Below, piece after piece: positions 26,171 to 37,075 of a stretch of 64,000 nt of DNA (the stretch's first letter is position 1; every line of letters begins with the position of its first letter). A program made the translations under genes and the position numbers. The stretch covers positions 18,476 through 82,475 of the forward strand of contig CAZROH010000001.1 of NCBI GenBank assembly GCA_964601635.1. Direction: 5' to 3'. Origin of the DNA: an uncultured Alteromonas sp. (GTDB lineage: Bacteria > Pseudomonadota > Gammaproteobacteria > Enterobacterales > Alteromonadaceae). The notes below the pieces were generated by a model that searched no databases, was not told where the DNA came from, and saw only the letters and a list, made by a program, of their open reading frames with translations.

Positions 26171-28252
26171 TCACCACGAATACTCCGCTGCAATAAGAAA
26201 GTGCCTGGGCTGCCCGGGAAAATAACGTGCACCGCTGAAGGTGGTGAAATCAGCGCGCTCGGCATAGCGGGTATCAAAAAGATTATCGATGTGAAATCGT
26301 AATGTGGTGTTCGGGTTGAGTTGATAATGACTGCGTAGAGAGAAAATATCGTGCCCCGGGTACGTATGCATGTTTTCAGCATCGGTAAAGTACTTACTAA
26401 TATGCTGCCACTCTAACTCAAATTCAAGCGCATCAGACGACTGCCAGGTTATTTGTGTATTGGCGGAGCGGCGGGGCGCGGTATCCATCTCGTTGCCCTG
26501 AATTGATAAGTCAGTGCCATTTGCCTGCTGAACATAAGTATGCTTTGAATATGTCAGGGCAGAACTTAGTGTCCATTGAGAATGAAAACGCCAACGCAAT
26601 GACAACTCAATACCCTCATGGCGGGTTTTCCCATTACTTACATTGAAAAAGTCGCTGTTTCGATAAATAACGTTTTCTTTTCTGAGCAGATAATACGCCG
26701 CTGATAGTGACAGTGCATCTTTAAAATAGTGAACGCCCACTTCCCTGTTCAGACCTGTCTCAGGCTTAAGTTCGGCAATACCCTGATCCCGCTGTAAACG
26801 AAACAGTTCAGTGGCCTGGGGGATCCGAAACCCGTCGGCGAGGCTTGCGTAGACAGACAAACTGTCATTTACCAAATAATTAATATGCAGTTTTGGCGAC
26901 AGGCGCTTAAACGCCACTTCCCTATCCGCTGGCCGGTTATAACGGCAGCCACCAAAACCACAGGGCTCTCCGGTATCCTTATTTCGCCCCGCGGGCAGAA
27001 ATGATTGATAATCGTAAGACATGGTTTCGTAACGGGCTCCCAGTGTAGCCGTCCAGCCCTGCCAGCTTTTAGACAACTGAACGAAGGGAGCCAGCAGTTC
27101 GGCATCAACCCGATAATCATAATGCTCACCAGCAGGAATAGTTTCTCGCAAAAATTCTGAACCAATGGTGGGGCCATCTTGAAATTGTCGCAGTTGTCCC
27201 TCTGTTTTTTCCAAATCCAGCCCAATGGCTATGTCTGTACCTTTTGCCGATTGATACTGCCAGGCGGTTAAAACGCCCGCGCCTTGCTGACTGTTTATTT
27301 CAAGCGGTTTACCAGGTAAAAAATGCATGACAAATTGCATGTCCTGGTTTCTAAAGTAAGGTGTTACGGTAACGCGTTGATCTTGATCCGGTTGCCAGTC
27401 CCACTTTGACCACACTCGCAATGCTTTCGCCCGGCGATACGCCTCTGGATTTTCATTTTTGTTAATTAACTCATCATTACGGTAACTGTCATCCCCGGTC
27501 AGATAACCGGCGGTTTGCTGATCAAGATGGGTGTAGGTCAGCCCTGTGGTCACTGACGCATTTTCAAATTCGTAACGGTGACGACCATTTACTTTTTCCT
27601 GATAAACCGCTTCGTCGTCACGAAAACCATTATCCCGTGTGATACTGGCGTTCAGCCCCACTCCAGAAATATTGTCGCCTTTACCGATGCGCGCCTTAAT
27701 TCGCTTATAACCGTAGGATCCGATATCCACTCCGGTAAATCCTGTATTTTCAGTGGTATCCGGCGTTACCACATTGATGACGCCGTGTAGCGCATTGGAG
27801 CCAAACACCACTGTGGCTGGCCCTTTAATTACGTCGATACGCTGAGCCATCTCGGTATGCGCTTCAAATAATTCGTTATTATTACAAAAACCGGCTGCGC
27901 GGATGGGAATACTGTCTTCACTGGTGAGCACGGCCCCGCATGCTCCAGCCCCAGTCAGCACAGGCGAACGCAGAGCAGGAAGATATTCCTGTCCGCTGCC
28001 TCGTTGCAGGCCAACCCCTGCTATTCGTCTTAGCGCCTCTTCAATATGGGTGGGCGCCAGTGAGCGCAGCGTTTGTTCAGACAAAGTATCGATAGTGTTT
28101 ACATCGCTAGCCTTTATGAACTGATAACGTTGATAGGTTGTAGTGATGCGCTCAATGTCTTGAATAGTGGACTGGGCGAATGCCGACAGCGAAAACGGAA
28201 TTAGGGTAAACGCGAGTCCGGAAAAAACGATAGCACTGAGTTTGAAAGTCAT
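26171..28252 (-). CDS. TonB-dependent receptor
   Basis: Signal peptide from MTFKLS; plug motif RIDVIKGPATVVFGSNALHGVIN; C-terminal NLFDTRY..PR..AAEYSW. Confidence 0.92.
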   Translation of the reverse strand: MTFKLSAIVFSGLAFTLIPFSLSAFAQSTIQDIERITTTYQRYQFIKASDVNTIDTLSEQTLRSLAPTHIEEALRRIAGVGLQRGSGQEYLPALRSPVLTGAGACGAVLTSEDSIPIRAAGFCNNNELFEAHTEMAQRIDVIKGPATVVFGSNALHGVINVVTPDTTENTGFTGVDIGSYGYKRIKARIGKGDNISGVGLNASITRDNGFRDDEAVYQEKVNGRHRYEFENASVTTGLTYTHLDQQTAGYLTGDDSYRNDELINKNENPEAYRRAKALRVWSKWDWQPDQDQRVTVTPYFRNQDMQFVMHFLPGKPLEINSQQGAGVLTAWQYQSAKGTDIAIGLDLEKTEGQLRQFQDGPTIGSEFLRETIPAGEHYDYRVDAELLAPFVQLSKSWQGWTATLGARYETMSYDYQSFLPAGRNKDTGEPCGFGGCRYNRPADREVAFKRLSPKLHINYLVNDSLSVYASLADGFRIPQATELFRLQRDQGIAELKPETGLNREVGVHYFKDALSLSAAYYLLRKENVIYRNSDFFNVSNGKTRHEGIELSLRWRFHSQWTLSSALTYSKHTYVQQANGTDLSIQGNEMDTAPRRSANTQITWQSSDALEFELEWQHISKYFTDAENMHTYPGHDIFSLRSHYQLNPNTTLRFHIDNLFDTRYAERADFTTFSGARYFPGQPRHFLIAAEYSW

Positions 28253-28335
28253 ATAAAAAACTAATGAATGGCAAGTTAGTAGATACTGATGCTGATCTGA
28301 ACAGATCAGCATCGGCTAAACTGGGCTGGTTAAAT

Positions 28336-29523
28336 TCAATGATTGCTTCGCTGCAGGCTTATCTTGAGTACAAAGTAGCCTAAGACACCCGAAAGCACGG
28401 AGCCAATAACGATCCCCAATCGCTCATCAAACAGCAGGTTTACCCCGGTTTCTTCAAAGGCCAGCGAACCGATAAACAGGCTCATAGTAAAACCAATACC
28501 GCAAAGTGCTGATACCCCGTACAGCGTTAGCCACGAAAAGTTTCTCGGTAAAGAGGCCAGCTTCATTTTCACCGCTAACCAGCAAAAACCAAACACCCCT
28601 ATTTGTTTACCAACAAATAAGCCTAATGTGATCCCAACAGGGACCCCGTGCTTGAGTTGTTCCATGCTGATACCCTGCAAATTCAGCCCTGCATTCGCGA
28701 ACGCAAACACCGGTAAAACAAAAAAGCCCACCACCGAGTGCAGGTCATGCTCAAGCGATTTCAACGGCGATACGTCATCAGTTTGCTTACCTCTTAACGG
28801 GATGAACATCGCCAATACCACGCCGGCCAACGTAGCATGCACGCCAGACTTTAGCGTTGCAATCCACATAATGACACCGATAAGAATATACGGGCTTTTA
28901 GACATAACGCCCTTTTTGTTTAATACGCTAAGCACAGGTATACACAGCGCAACAATTATCAATGCGGTGACTGAAATGTTGGCTGTATAGAAAAATGCAA
29001 TGATGAGGATAGCCCCAATATCGTCGAAGATGGCCAGCGATGTTAAGAACACTTTAACTGAAATGGGAACCCGCGGGCCTAGCAGGGTAAGCACACCTAA
29101 AGCAAACGCTATATCAGTCGCAGCAGGTATCGCCCAACCTTTTATCGCGGTGGCATCATCATAATTAAAATACGCATAAATAAGCGCAGGGATAAGCATT
29201 CCCCCGATGGCACCGGCTCCGGGCATGATGATGTTGCGCTTATCAGCTAATTCACCCTCGACCAGTTCTCGCTTAAGTTCCAAACCAACCAGAAAGAAAA
29301 AGACTGCCATCAGCCCATCGTTTATCCATAACAACAGGGGTTTGGCGATCACGAGGGCACCTACGCGGATCTCGACGGGCGTAGACAGAAACATGTCATA
29401 AATGGAAGAGAGCGGAGAGTTGGCCAGTACAATAGCCAGTAGCGCGGCAATAAACAGTAAAATACCGCCTGCCGATTGTAATTTGAAGAACGACTGAATA
29501 AATGATTCTTTTGGGTTATACAT
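28336..29523 (-). CDS. nhaA: Na+/H+ antiporter NhaA
   Basis: WINDGLMAVFFF, GWAIPAATDIAFALG, LAIFDDIGA, CGIGFTMSLFI. Confidence 0.95.
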   Translation of the reverse strand: MYNPKESFIQSFFKLQSAGGILLFIAALLAIVLANSPLSSIYDMFLSTPVEIRVGALVIAKPLLLWINDGLMAVFFFLVGLELKRELVEGELADKRNIIMPGAGAIGGMLIPALIYAYFNYDDATAIKGWAIPAATDIAFALGVLTLLGPRVPISVKVFLTSLAIFDDIGAILIIAFFYTANISVTALIIVALCIPVLSVLNKKGVMSKSPYILIGVIMWIATLKSGVHATLAGVVLAMFIPLRGKQTDDVSPLKSLEHDLHSVVGFFVLPVFAFANAGLNLQGISMEQLKHGVPVGITLGLFVGKQIGVFGFCWLAVKMKLASLPRNFSWLTLYGVSALCGIGFTMSLFIGSLAFEETGVNLLFDERLGIVIGSVLSGVLGYFVLKISLQRSNH

Positions 29524-29664
29524 GTGTATTTGAGTTTTTATGAAGTGTTGGCTTTACGTAGGTTACTACAAAGTAAGGTGGAATATCACCAATCACACTC
29601 AATCCCCCGACGAGTGCGCAGTCGTATGCTTAATGATTGGCCTGGTCATCGTTTAATATGACAT

Positions 29665-29814
29665 CTAAGGAACAGCGAATGCTCCTTCGGTTCTCACTCC
29701 TCTGGGTTTATTTCGATAGCGTTTTACCTCATTTTCAGGATCATCAAATACTTTCTTCAATACACGCTTTATTTTACGGCGTCTGGGTTTGAAGTCGTCA
29801 ATCCACCTGTCCAT
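29665..29814 (-). CDS. Candidate 49-aa basic small protein (MDRWIDDFKPRRRKIKRVLKKVFDDPENEVKRYRNKPRGVRTEGAFAVP)
   Basis: ATG preceded by GAGGG at 7 nt; fills the nhaA-gpmA gap without overlap. Below the ORF-track cutoff. Confidence 0.5.
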   Translation of the reverse strand: MDRWIDDFKPRRRKIKRVLKKVFDDPENEVKRYRNKPRGVRTEGAFAVP

Positions 29815-29991
29815 ATAGTTACCCTCGATTACACACCCTTGTCACTAATTTATACGAGGGTTAAACGCAGCGGGTTGAGCCTAACAAATATTTAATCTTA
29901 GCCTTATACGGGTTCAAAGCTGGATTTTTGTACGTATATCAAGGATGATTACCCCCTCGCAAAACGCACTACAGCAGATAAGGTAACGCAA

Positions 29992-30741
29992 ATGTATAAA
30001 CTGGTACTTATCCGTCACGGAGAAAGCCAATGGAATTTAGAAAACCGTTTTACCGGTTGGCACGATGTCAACCTAACTGAAACAGGTGTCGCTCAAGCAA
30101 AAAATGCCGGCCAAATGCTGAAAGAGGCTGGGTTTAAGTTTGATATGGCTTACACCTCTGTATTATTGCGAGCTATAAAAACCTTAAACATTGCGCTTGA
30201 AGAAATGGACCAGCATTACCTGCCGGTTAAGCGCAGTTGGCGATTGAATGAACGTCATTACGGCGCATTGACAGGGCTGGATAAAGCAGAAACGGCTGCA
30301 AAACATGGCGAAGAACAGGTGAAAATTTGGCGCCGCAGCTTTGATATTCCCCCGCCGTTCGTCGACATGGAAGATGAGTATTTCCCTGGTCATGACCGCC
30401 GTTATCACCATATAGACCCTGCTATACTTCCGCGCGGCGAGAGCTTAGCGTTAACAATAGAGCGGGTACTTCCGTACTGGCACGATGAAATCCGTCCTGC
30501 CATTCAGCGTGGCGAAAATATCATCATTGCGGCGCACGGCAACAGCTTGCGTGCCTTAGTAAAATATTTGGATGGTATGTCTGAAGAAGAGGTACTTGGT
30601 CTGAATATTCCAACCGGGGTACCGCTAGTGTACGAGCTTGACGAAAATCTAAAGCCCATCTCTAAAGAGTATCTTGGCGACCCTGACAAAATAAAAGCAA
30701 TGATGGAAGCAGTTGCCAAACAAGGTAGCGCAAAAAAATAA
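29992..30741 (+). CDS. gpmA: 2,3-bisphosphoglycerate-dependent phosphoglycerate mutase
   Basis: [35 protein letters not shown]. Confidence 0.97.
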   Translation: MYKLVLIRHGESQWNLENRFTGWHDVNLTETGVAQAKNAGQMLKEAGFKFDMAYTSVLLRAIKTLNIALEEMDQHYLPVKRSWRLNERHYGALTGLDKAETAAKHGEEQVKIWRRSFDIPPPFVDMEDEYFPGHDRRYHHIDPAILPRGESLALTIERVLPYWHDEIRPAIQRGENIIIAAHGNSLRALVKYLDGMSEEEVLGLNIPTGVPLVYELDENLKPISKEYLGDPDKIKAMMEAVAKQGSAKK

Positions 30742-30754
30742 CCTCGTATTCAGC

Positions 30755-30783
30755 AAAAAGCACAGGGAATACCTGTGCTTTTT
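30755..30783. terminator. Bidirectional terminator
   Basis: AAAAAGCACAGG-GAATA-CCTGTGCTTTTT between convergent genes. Confidence 0.85.
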
Positions 30784-30798
30784 AATGGCGGTCAATTA

Positions 30799-31221
30799 TT
30801 AGTAATTTCTGTCGATTGGCTCAAGCCCATTCGCTCGTTGATCAATCGCTTCAGCTAAACTATAACCAGACTCTATCCATCTACGCGCTTCAACTGGCGT
30901 AAACTGATGTCCTCGCCATTCAGCCGCTTCGTGATAAGTTAAACCGGCAGCACGCCAATTCGCCGCATCAGCTGCCATGTAGCCAGCCTGGTGCCATTCA
31001 CGCGCTTCAACAACGGTAAATGTACCAGTATTCCAAGCTTGCGCTTGCGGTACGGTAAAGCCAGCGTCCCGCCAGTCTTGTGCTTGTTCAGCAGTAAAGC
31101 CTGCTGCTTTCCATGATGCGATTTCAGTTTGGCTCATGCCATCCCAGTCGTCATGGTGATCATGCACAACACATCCTGCTAGCCATCCCACTAAAACAAC
31201 CACTAACAAATGTTTTAACAT
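30799..31221 (-). CDS. Lipoprotein with 13-aa Trp repeats
   Basis: Lipobox LAGC; seven W-x-x-(A)-G-(F/Y)-(T)-x3-A-x2 units. Confidence 0.8.
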   Translation of the reverse strand: MLKHLLVVVLVGWLAGCVVHDHHDDWDGMSQTEIASWKAAGFTAEQAQDWRDAGFTVPQAQAWNTGTFTVVEAREWHQAGYMAADAANWRAAGLTYHEAAEWRGHQFTPVEARRWIESGYSLAEAIDQRANGLEPIDRNY

Positions 31222-31375
31222 TTTTCATCTCCTTACGTGATGTTTTCAATTCACCAGCACTGTTTTTGTCTAGTGATGATTTAACGTACAGAAGAATGAA
31301 TAGTTCGGTTCTTTTTCACGCTAAAATAATTTCCATTATTTTTTTTAATTGCTTGAAAAATAGAGGGTGTGCGCT

Positions 31376-32857
31376 TTAGTGTGAGCGAATACGTTCGATT
31401 GCTGCTTGCCAGTTTTCATACGCCAGGTCGCGTTGTTGCTTCGTCATTCGAGGTGAGAAGGTACGCTCAACCTGCCACTTTCTCGCTAGTTCTGCCAACG
31501 ACGAATAAATTCCGGCTTTTATCCCTGCAAGATAAGCGGCGCCTAACGCGGTGGTTTCTGTAACCACGGGTCGTTGCACCTGGGCGCCTAAAATATCGGC
31601 TAAAAAGGCCATCACCCAGTCATTTTTTGCCATGCCGCCGTCCACCCGCAATGTGCAGGGTCTCGCCCCATCGCTTTCCATGGCCTTTTGCAGATCTTTG
31701 GTTTGGTAACACACCGATTGCAAGCCGGCGGCAACGATTTCGCTTATACCGGTGTCCCGTGTTAAGCCAAGAATTGCCCCTCTGGCATCGGGATCCCAAT
31801 AAGGCGCGCCTAATCCGGTAAACGCAGGGACCAGGAAGACACCGTTATTTCGCCTTGCACGTTGCGCCAATGCCTCGGTTTCAGCGGCACTGTCGATTAA
31901 TTTTAAGCCGTCACGCAACCATTGGACGGTCGCGCCGGCCATAAAAATACTGCCTTCAAGTGCATAGGTCACTTCTCCATTAAACCGATAACCTACGGTG
32001 GTCAACAAGCGGTTTTCTGATGCTAAAGGCTTCGAACCGGTGTTAAGGATCATGAAACACCCCGTTCCATAGGTACTTTTCGCCATGCCTTTTTCAAAGC
32101 AGGCCTGGCCAATCAGCGCCGCCTGTTGATCCCCTGCAACACCTTGAATTGGGATTGCATGTCCAATGATATCCGGGTGAATTTCGCCAAAGTCGGCTGC
32201 GCAATCCAACACGTCTGGTAACATACCGAAGGGAACATCAAACCAATCGAGTAATGTTTTATCCCATTGCTGGGAGTGAATATCAAACAGCATAGTACGG
32301 GAAGCATTGGTGGCATCCGTTACATGTCTTTTACCACCCGTTAGTCGCCAAATCAGAAACGTATCGACTGTACCAAATAATAGCTCCCCGTTTGTTGCCG
32401 CAGCTCTCGCACCTTCGACATTGTTAAGGATCCAGTTTACTTTTGTTGCTGAAAAGTAAGGATCGAGCAATAGGCCCGTCTGTGCTTTCACATACTCCGG
32501 CTTATGGGGGTCGTCGCCGAGTTTGCGACAAAATTCAGCGGTACGACGGTCTTGCCATACGATAGCGGGATAAATGGCTTCACCTGTTTTCTTATTCCAA
32601 ACTAAGGTGGTTTCACGCTGATTCGTTATACCTACTGAGGCAATATCTTTTGGCGTAAGTTGGCATTTTTCAAATACCGCCTTCATCGTACCTATTACAC
32701 TCTGCCAGATATCCTCTGCATGATGTTCTACCCAGCCATCTTTTGGGTAAGACTGGGCAAACTCCTGTTGCGCCATGGCCACAATGTCCCCCTCCTCAGA
32801 AAAGATAACACTGCGGGAGCTTGTCGTTCCTTGATCAATAGCGAGGATATAACGCAT
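31376..32857 (-). CDS. glpK: Glycerol kinase
   Basis: [48 protein letters not shown]. Confidence 0.97.
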   Translation of the reverse strand: MRYILAIDQGTTSSRSVIFSEEGDIVAMAQQEFAQSYPKDGWVEHHAEDIWQSVIGTMKAVFEKCQLTPKDIASVGITNQRETTLVWNKKTGEAIYPAIVWQDRRTAEFCRKLGDDPHKPEYVKAQTGLLLDPYFSATKVNWILNNVEGARAAATNGELLFGTVDTFLIWRLTGGKRHVTDATNASRTMLFDIHSQQWDKTLLDWFDVPFGMLPDVLDCAADFGEIHPDIIGHAIPIQGVAGDQQAALIGQACFEKGMAKSTYGTGCFMILNTGSKPLASENRLLTTVGYRFNGEVTYALEGSIFMAGATVQWLRDGLKLIDSAAETEALAQRARRNNGVFLVPAFTGLGAPYWDPDARGAILGLTRDTGISEIVAAGLQSVCYQTKDLQKAMESDGARPCTLRVDGGMAKNDWVMAFLADILGAQVQRPVVTETTALGAAYLAGIKAGIYSSLAELARKWQVERTFSPRMTKQQRDLAYENWQAAIERIRSH

Positions 32858-32996
32858 CGGGCACCTTTTAAGTTGAGCGGTTTAAAAACGTGAGCGTAAG
32901 CAAAGTGTGAACTATAACTCCATGATCCACAATGGCGTTCATAAGCTCTTGTATTATGCTTACCTGTAACGTTGCACAATTAAATAAGGTGTCCAT

Positions 32997-34490
32997 TTGG
33001 CAACTCGCATTCATAAACACACCGATTTGTTAATCATAGGAGGTGGCATTAACGGAACAGGGATCGCGGCAGATGCTGCTGGCCGCGGCCTATCAGTTCT
33101 ACTATGTGACAAAGGTGATTTAGGTGGCGCTACTTCGTCATCGTCCAGCAAACTCATTCATGGGGGACTACGATACCTCGAACAATACGAATTCAGGTTA
33201 GTTCATGCGGCATTAAAAGAACGAGAAGTCTTATTAAAAAAAGCGCCTCATATTATGCGACCACTGCGATTCAGATTGCCGCACCAGCCCCATCTGCGTC
33301 CTATCTGGATGATACGGATGGGCTTGTTCCTTTACGACAGCTTAGCAAAACGAAATCAGTTAGCTCCGTCGCGAAAAATAACATGCGATTCAACCAGTCC
33401 GCTCATTCCCTCTATCACCACTTGCTTTGAGTATTCTGATGGTTGGGTTGATGATGCCCGGCTAGTGATTTTAAACGCCATAGCTGCACATCAAAATGGC
33501 GCGTCGATCCGGCCTCGTACCCACTTTCTGCATGCGGAAAAACAAGCCGGAAAATGGAATGTCACACTGCAATCCCAGAACGCATCGCAACAAAATGTAG
33601 TTGCTAAGGCGATCATCAATGCAGCAGGACCCTGGGTGTTGTCCACCCTGCAAAATGTGCAGGCCGAAGCCACAATAAAACCAATGCGATTAGTAAAGGG
33701 CAGTCATATTGTGGTACCCAGGCTTTACCCTTCAGATGAAGCCTATATCTTACAAAATAAAGATCACCGTATTGTCTTTGTTATTCCTTTTGAGAATACG
33801 TTTTCTTTAATTGGCACCACAGACGTCGACTATGCAGGGGACCCTGGCTCGGTCAGTATATCTGGCGAAGAAAAAAGCTATTTGATCGACGTTGTTAATC
33901 AATATTTCATCAATAAAGTATCTGAAGCTGACATTGTGCATACCTTCAGTGGTGTTCGGCCTCTGCTAGAAGAAAATAATGCATCTGCTCACGCTACCAC
34001 ACGTGACTATAAGCTCGAATTACTGGGCGCGGAGGACGCCCCCCTGCTTTTAAACGTCTTCGGAGGTAAAATAACCACCTATCGACGGTTAGCTGATCAG
34101 GCAATCAACAAACTATCCAAATACTGGGAGCATCTGGGCCCTAGCTGGACCGCTACCACCCCTTTGCCGGGCGGTGACTTCAAGGATAAAGAAACACTGC
34201 AAGCCGAATACCAACAGCGTTTTCCCTGGCTTAGCCTGTCTCTCATTTCTGAATACGTTCGACGTTATGGCAGACTTTGTGAACTCTTTCTTGATCCGGC
34301 TACAGAAAAACAGGACTTGGGCCAGCATTTCGGCCACCAGCTTTATCAGGCTGAAGTTGAGTATCTTTGCAGTCATGAATGGGCACAAACAACCGAGGAT
34401 ATTTTATGGCGGCGAACAAAAAAGGGCTTAGCGTTTTCCCCGCAACAGGTAAACACGCTGGATTCCTATCTTTCTGAGCGGATGAACTAA
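32997..34490 (+). CDS. glpD: Aerobic glycerol-3-phosphate dehydrogenase
   Basis: GGGINGTGIAADAAGRGL, SSKLIHGGLRYLE, GGKITTYRRLA; divergent from glpK. Confidence 0.96.
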   Translation: MATRIHKHTDLLIIGGGINGTGIAADAAGRGLSVLLCDKGDLGGATSSSSSKLIHGGLRYLEQYEFRLVHAALKEREVLLKKAPHIMRPLRFRLPHQPHLRPIWMIRMGLFLYDSLAKRNQLAPSRKITCDSTSPLIPSITTCFEYSDGWVDDARLVILNAIAAHQNGASIRPRTHFLHAEKQAGKWNVTLQSQNASQQNVVAKAIINAAGPWVLSTLQNVQAEATIKPMRLVKGSHIVVPRLYPSDEAYILQNKDHRIVFVIPFENTFSLIGTTDVDYAGDPGSVSISGEEKSYLIDVVNQYFINKVSEADIVHTFSGVRPLLEENNASAHATTRDYKLELLGAEDAPLLLNVFGGKITTYRRLADQAINKLSKYWEHLGPSWTATTPLPGGDFKDKETLQAEYQQRFPWLSLSLISEYVRRYGRLCELFLDPATEKQDLGQHFGHQLYQAEVEYLCSHEWAQTTEDILWRRTKKGLAFSPQQVNTLDSYLSERMN

Positions 34491-34551
34491 TACTTTCGTC
34501 GTCAAATACAGTAAACTATGGTCCCATTCATATTTTGAGAGGACAACTGCG

Positions 34552-35559
34552 GTGGCATTACAGTGGTTCCCCGGGCACATGCATAAAGCCCTAAAAGAAA
34601 TCAAAGAGTCGCTCAGTCAGGTAGACATTTTGATCGAGGTGCTGGATGCACGTATCCCCTTTTCCAGTGAAAACCCGGAAATTGCTAAAATCCGTGGCGG
34701 CAAACCTTGCATCAAAATTTTGAATAAGTATGACTTAGCCGATCCTGAAATCACCGCGCAATGGCAAGCGTACCTCGAGTCGGAACGCAATGTGAAAACG
34801 ATTACCACCGCCAGTGATAATCCTGCCAACAGCAAACAAATCATTAATCTGATCCGCAGTATTTGTGCACAAAAGGACGCATCCGCAAAACACATTACCG
34901 CCATGATCACCGGCATTCCTAATGTGGGTAAATCAACGCTGATCAACATTCTGGCCGAACGCATCATTGCAAAAACGGGTAATGAGCCAGCGGTGACTAA
35001 AAGCCAGCAACGAATAAATTTAGGTAGCGGAATCGTACTATACGATACGCCGGGTGTATTGTGGCCTAAGTTAGAAAACCCTAATTCGATTTACCGACTG
35101 GCATCGTCCGGCGCCGTGAAAAATACGGCCATGGAATATGATGATGTAGGGTTTTATGCGGCCGACTATTTGATTAAAGCGTACCCAGACAGAATGCAGG
35201 AGCGCTATAAGCTCGATGAGCTGCCGCCGACGGAAATAGAGTTTTTGGAAGCTGCGGCTAAAAAACGCGGAGCCATTATGGCAGGAGGCCGTGTCAACCT
35301 GCACAAAATCTGCGAAGTGCTTTTAAACGAATTACAGTCGGGTAAGCTGGGTAGAGTCAGCCTGGAAACCCCCGCCATGCTGGAACAAGAAAAAATCGAA
35401 ATGGCTGAAGCGGCGGCGCAAAAAGCGGCGGCAAAAGCGAAAAGAAAACAGAAATTTAAGGAGGGGTCTCTTACCCCCGATAAAAAAGATCGTAAAGAAA
35501 AACGCGACGAAAAACGTCAGGCGCAAAGCCAACGCATGAAAAAGCAGCAAAGGGGATAG
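34552..35559 (+). CDS. ylqF: Ribosome biogenesis GTPase RbgA/YlqF
   Basis: QWFPGHM, EVLDARIP, NKYDL, GIPNVGKSTLIN, DTPG (circularly permuted GTPase). Confidence 0.95.
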   Translation: MALQWFPGHMHKALKEIKESLSQVDILIEVLDARIPFSSENPEIAKIRGGKPCIKILNKYDLADPEITAQWQAYLESERNVKTITTASDNPANSKQIINLIRSICAQKDASAKHITAMITGIPNVGKSTLINILAERIIAKTGNEPAVTKSQQRINLGSGIVLYDTPGVLWPKLENPNSIYRLASSGAVKNTAMEYDDVGFYAADYLIKAYPDRMQERYKLDELPPTEIEFLEAAAKKRGAIMAGGRVNLHKICEVLLNELQSGKLGRVSLETPAMLEQEKIEMAEAAAQKAAAKAKRKQKFKEGSLTPDKKDRKEKRDEKRQAQSQRMKKQQRG

Positions 35560-35728
35560 GTACACCGTTTTACTGTTCAGACATGGGCAGGCTTGCGGGC
35601 TATCTTATGACATACCTCCCAACTTTACCTGCTAAAAGCGGACGACAAATGATAGGTCGGCATCTTCTTCGAAAAGGTTTTTGACGGCAAAGCCGAAACC
35701 CGCCAACGTTAGCTTTGAAGAAGTCATT

Positions 35729-37075
35729 TCAGGCAGTCTTCTCATTGTTCGTTTGGTAATGGGGATCATCTTCGTCAAAATGATGTAATTTGAGGAACCA
35801 TTTTTCAGCAGCAAAAACCAGCACAATACCGAATAAAGAAATCCATACGATCAGGCTATCAGACTGGGCTTTGGTCCAAAGAAACGCGCCGAGGACAACT
35901 ACATCCAGAATGATCGCCATGATAATAATCCATGAACTCGCTTCAACCTCTTTTCGTAGGTACTTGAAAACGCCCCAATGGATAAAAATGTCCATTACAA
36001 TGTAAAAAATCACGCCAATAGAGGCAATGCGGCTCAGATCGAACAAGAGGGTAAGCAACATAGCGATGACGACAGTGTAGATAAGTGTGTGTTGTTGCAA
36101 ATTACCCGGCAACTTGAAATGCCGGTGAGGGACTAGCTGCATAGAAGTCAGCATTGCTAGCATTCGGGAAACAGCGAACACGCTGGCAATTACGCCAGAA
36201 ACTGTAGCAATGATTGCGAACGCAACCGTAAACCACACACCGTACTCGCCAAATGCAGGTCTTGAAGCTTCTGCAAGCGAGTAATCTTTGGCTTTAACGA
36301 TCTCTTCGACTGACAAATTTGCGCCAACGGCTATAGCCACTAAAACGTACAAAACGACACAAATAGAAATGGACAGAATAATAGCCCGGCCAACATTCTT
36401 TTTCGCATTTTTTAATTCACCACCACTATTAGTGATAGTCGTAAACCCTTTATATCCTAAAATTCCTAGCGCTACAGCGCCTAGAAAGCTGGCTGCACCA
36501 GTTTGTTCTGTGTGGAATGAAACGCTTTCAAATGACCAGCCGGAAGCCCACAAACCTCCAATAGCCAGCATTGCCAACCCAGCAATTTTGACAAAAGCCA
36601 TCAAAAACGAAAACGTCTGGATAAGTTTGTTACTTAAGATATTTATAAATAAAGCAAACAGCAGCAACCCTACCCCAAGTGCAGGTATGAGCCAGTCTGC
36701 TTCCTTCGCATCAAATACCTGCAGCAGATACGTTCCGAAGGTTCGAGCAACAAGGCTTTCATTGATTACCATTGAGAAATACATCAATAGCGCCCCTACG
36801 CCTGTCATCAAGCCTCGCCCGTAGGCTTTTTTGAGGAACATGGCAATTCCTCCGGCTGAAGGGTATTTTTGCCCCATCTTGACGTAGCTGTATGCACTGA
36901 AGCCAGCAATGACCGCAGCTAAGAGAAAAGCCAGAGGAAATAAGTTACCGGCGAGTTCTGCAATTTGACCGGTGAGCGCAAAAATACCCGCGCCTATCAT
37001 CACGCCAGTCCCCATCGAGACTGCTCCCCACAGGCTCAATGAATCCTTTTTGTCTGAATCCTGCCCCTTTCTCAT
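35729..37075 (-). CDS. APC-family amino acid permease
   Basis: GTGVMIGAGIF, YPSAGG, about 12 TM. Confidence 0.88.
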   Translation of the reverse strand: MRKGQDSDKKDSLSLWGAVSMGTGVMIGAGIFALTGQIAELAGNLFPLAFLLAAVIAGFSAYSYVKMGQKYPSAGGIAMFLKKAYGRGLMTGVGALLMYFSMVINESLVARTFGTYLLQVFDAKEADWLIPALGVGLLLFALFINILSNKLIQTFSFLMAFVKIAGLAMLAIGGLWASGWSFESVSFHTEQTGAASFLGAVALGILGYKGFTTITNSGGELKNAKKNVGRAIILSISICVVLYVLVAIAVGANLSVEEIVKAKDYSLAEASRPAFGEYGVWFTVAFAIIATVSGVIASVFAVSRMLAMLTSMQLVPHRHFKLPGNLQQHTLIYTVVIAMLLTLLFDLSRIASIGVIFYIVMDIFIHWGVFKYLRKEVEASSWIIIMAIILDVVVLGAFLWTKAQSDSLIVWISLFGIVLVFAAEKWFLKLHHFDEDDPHYQTNNEKTA

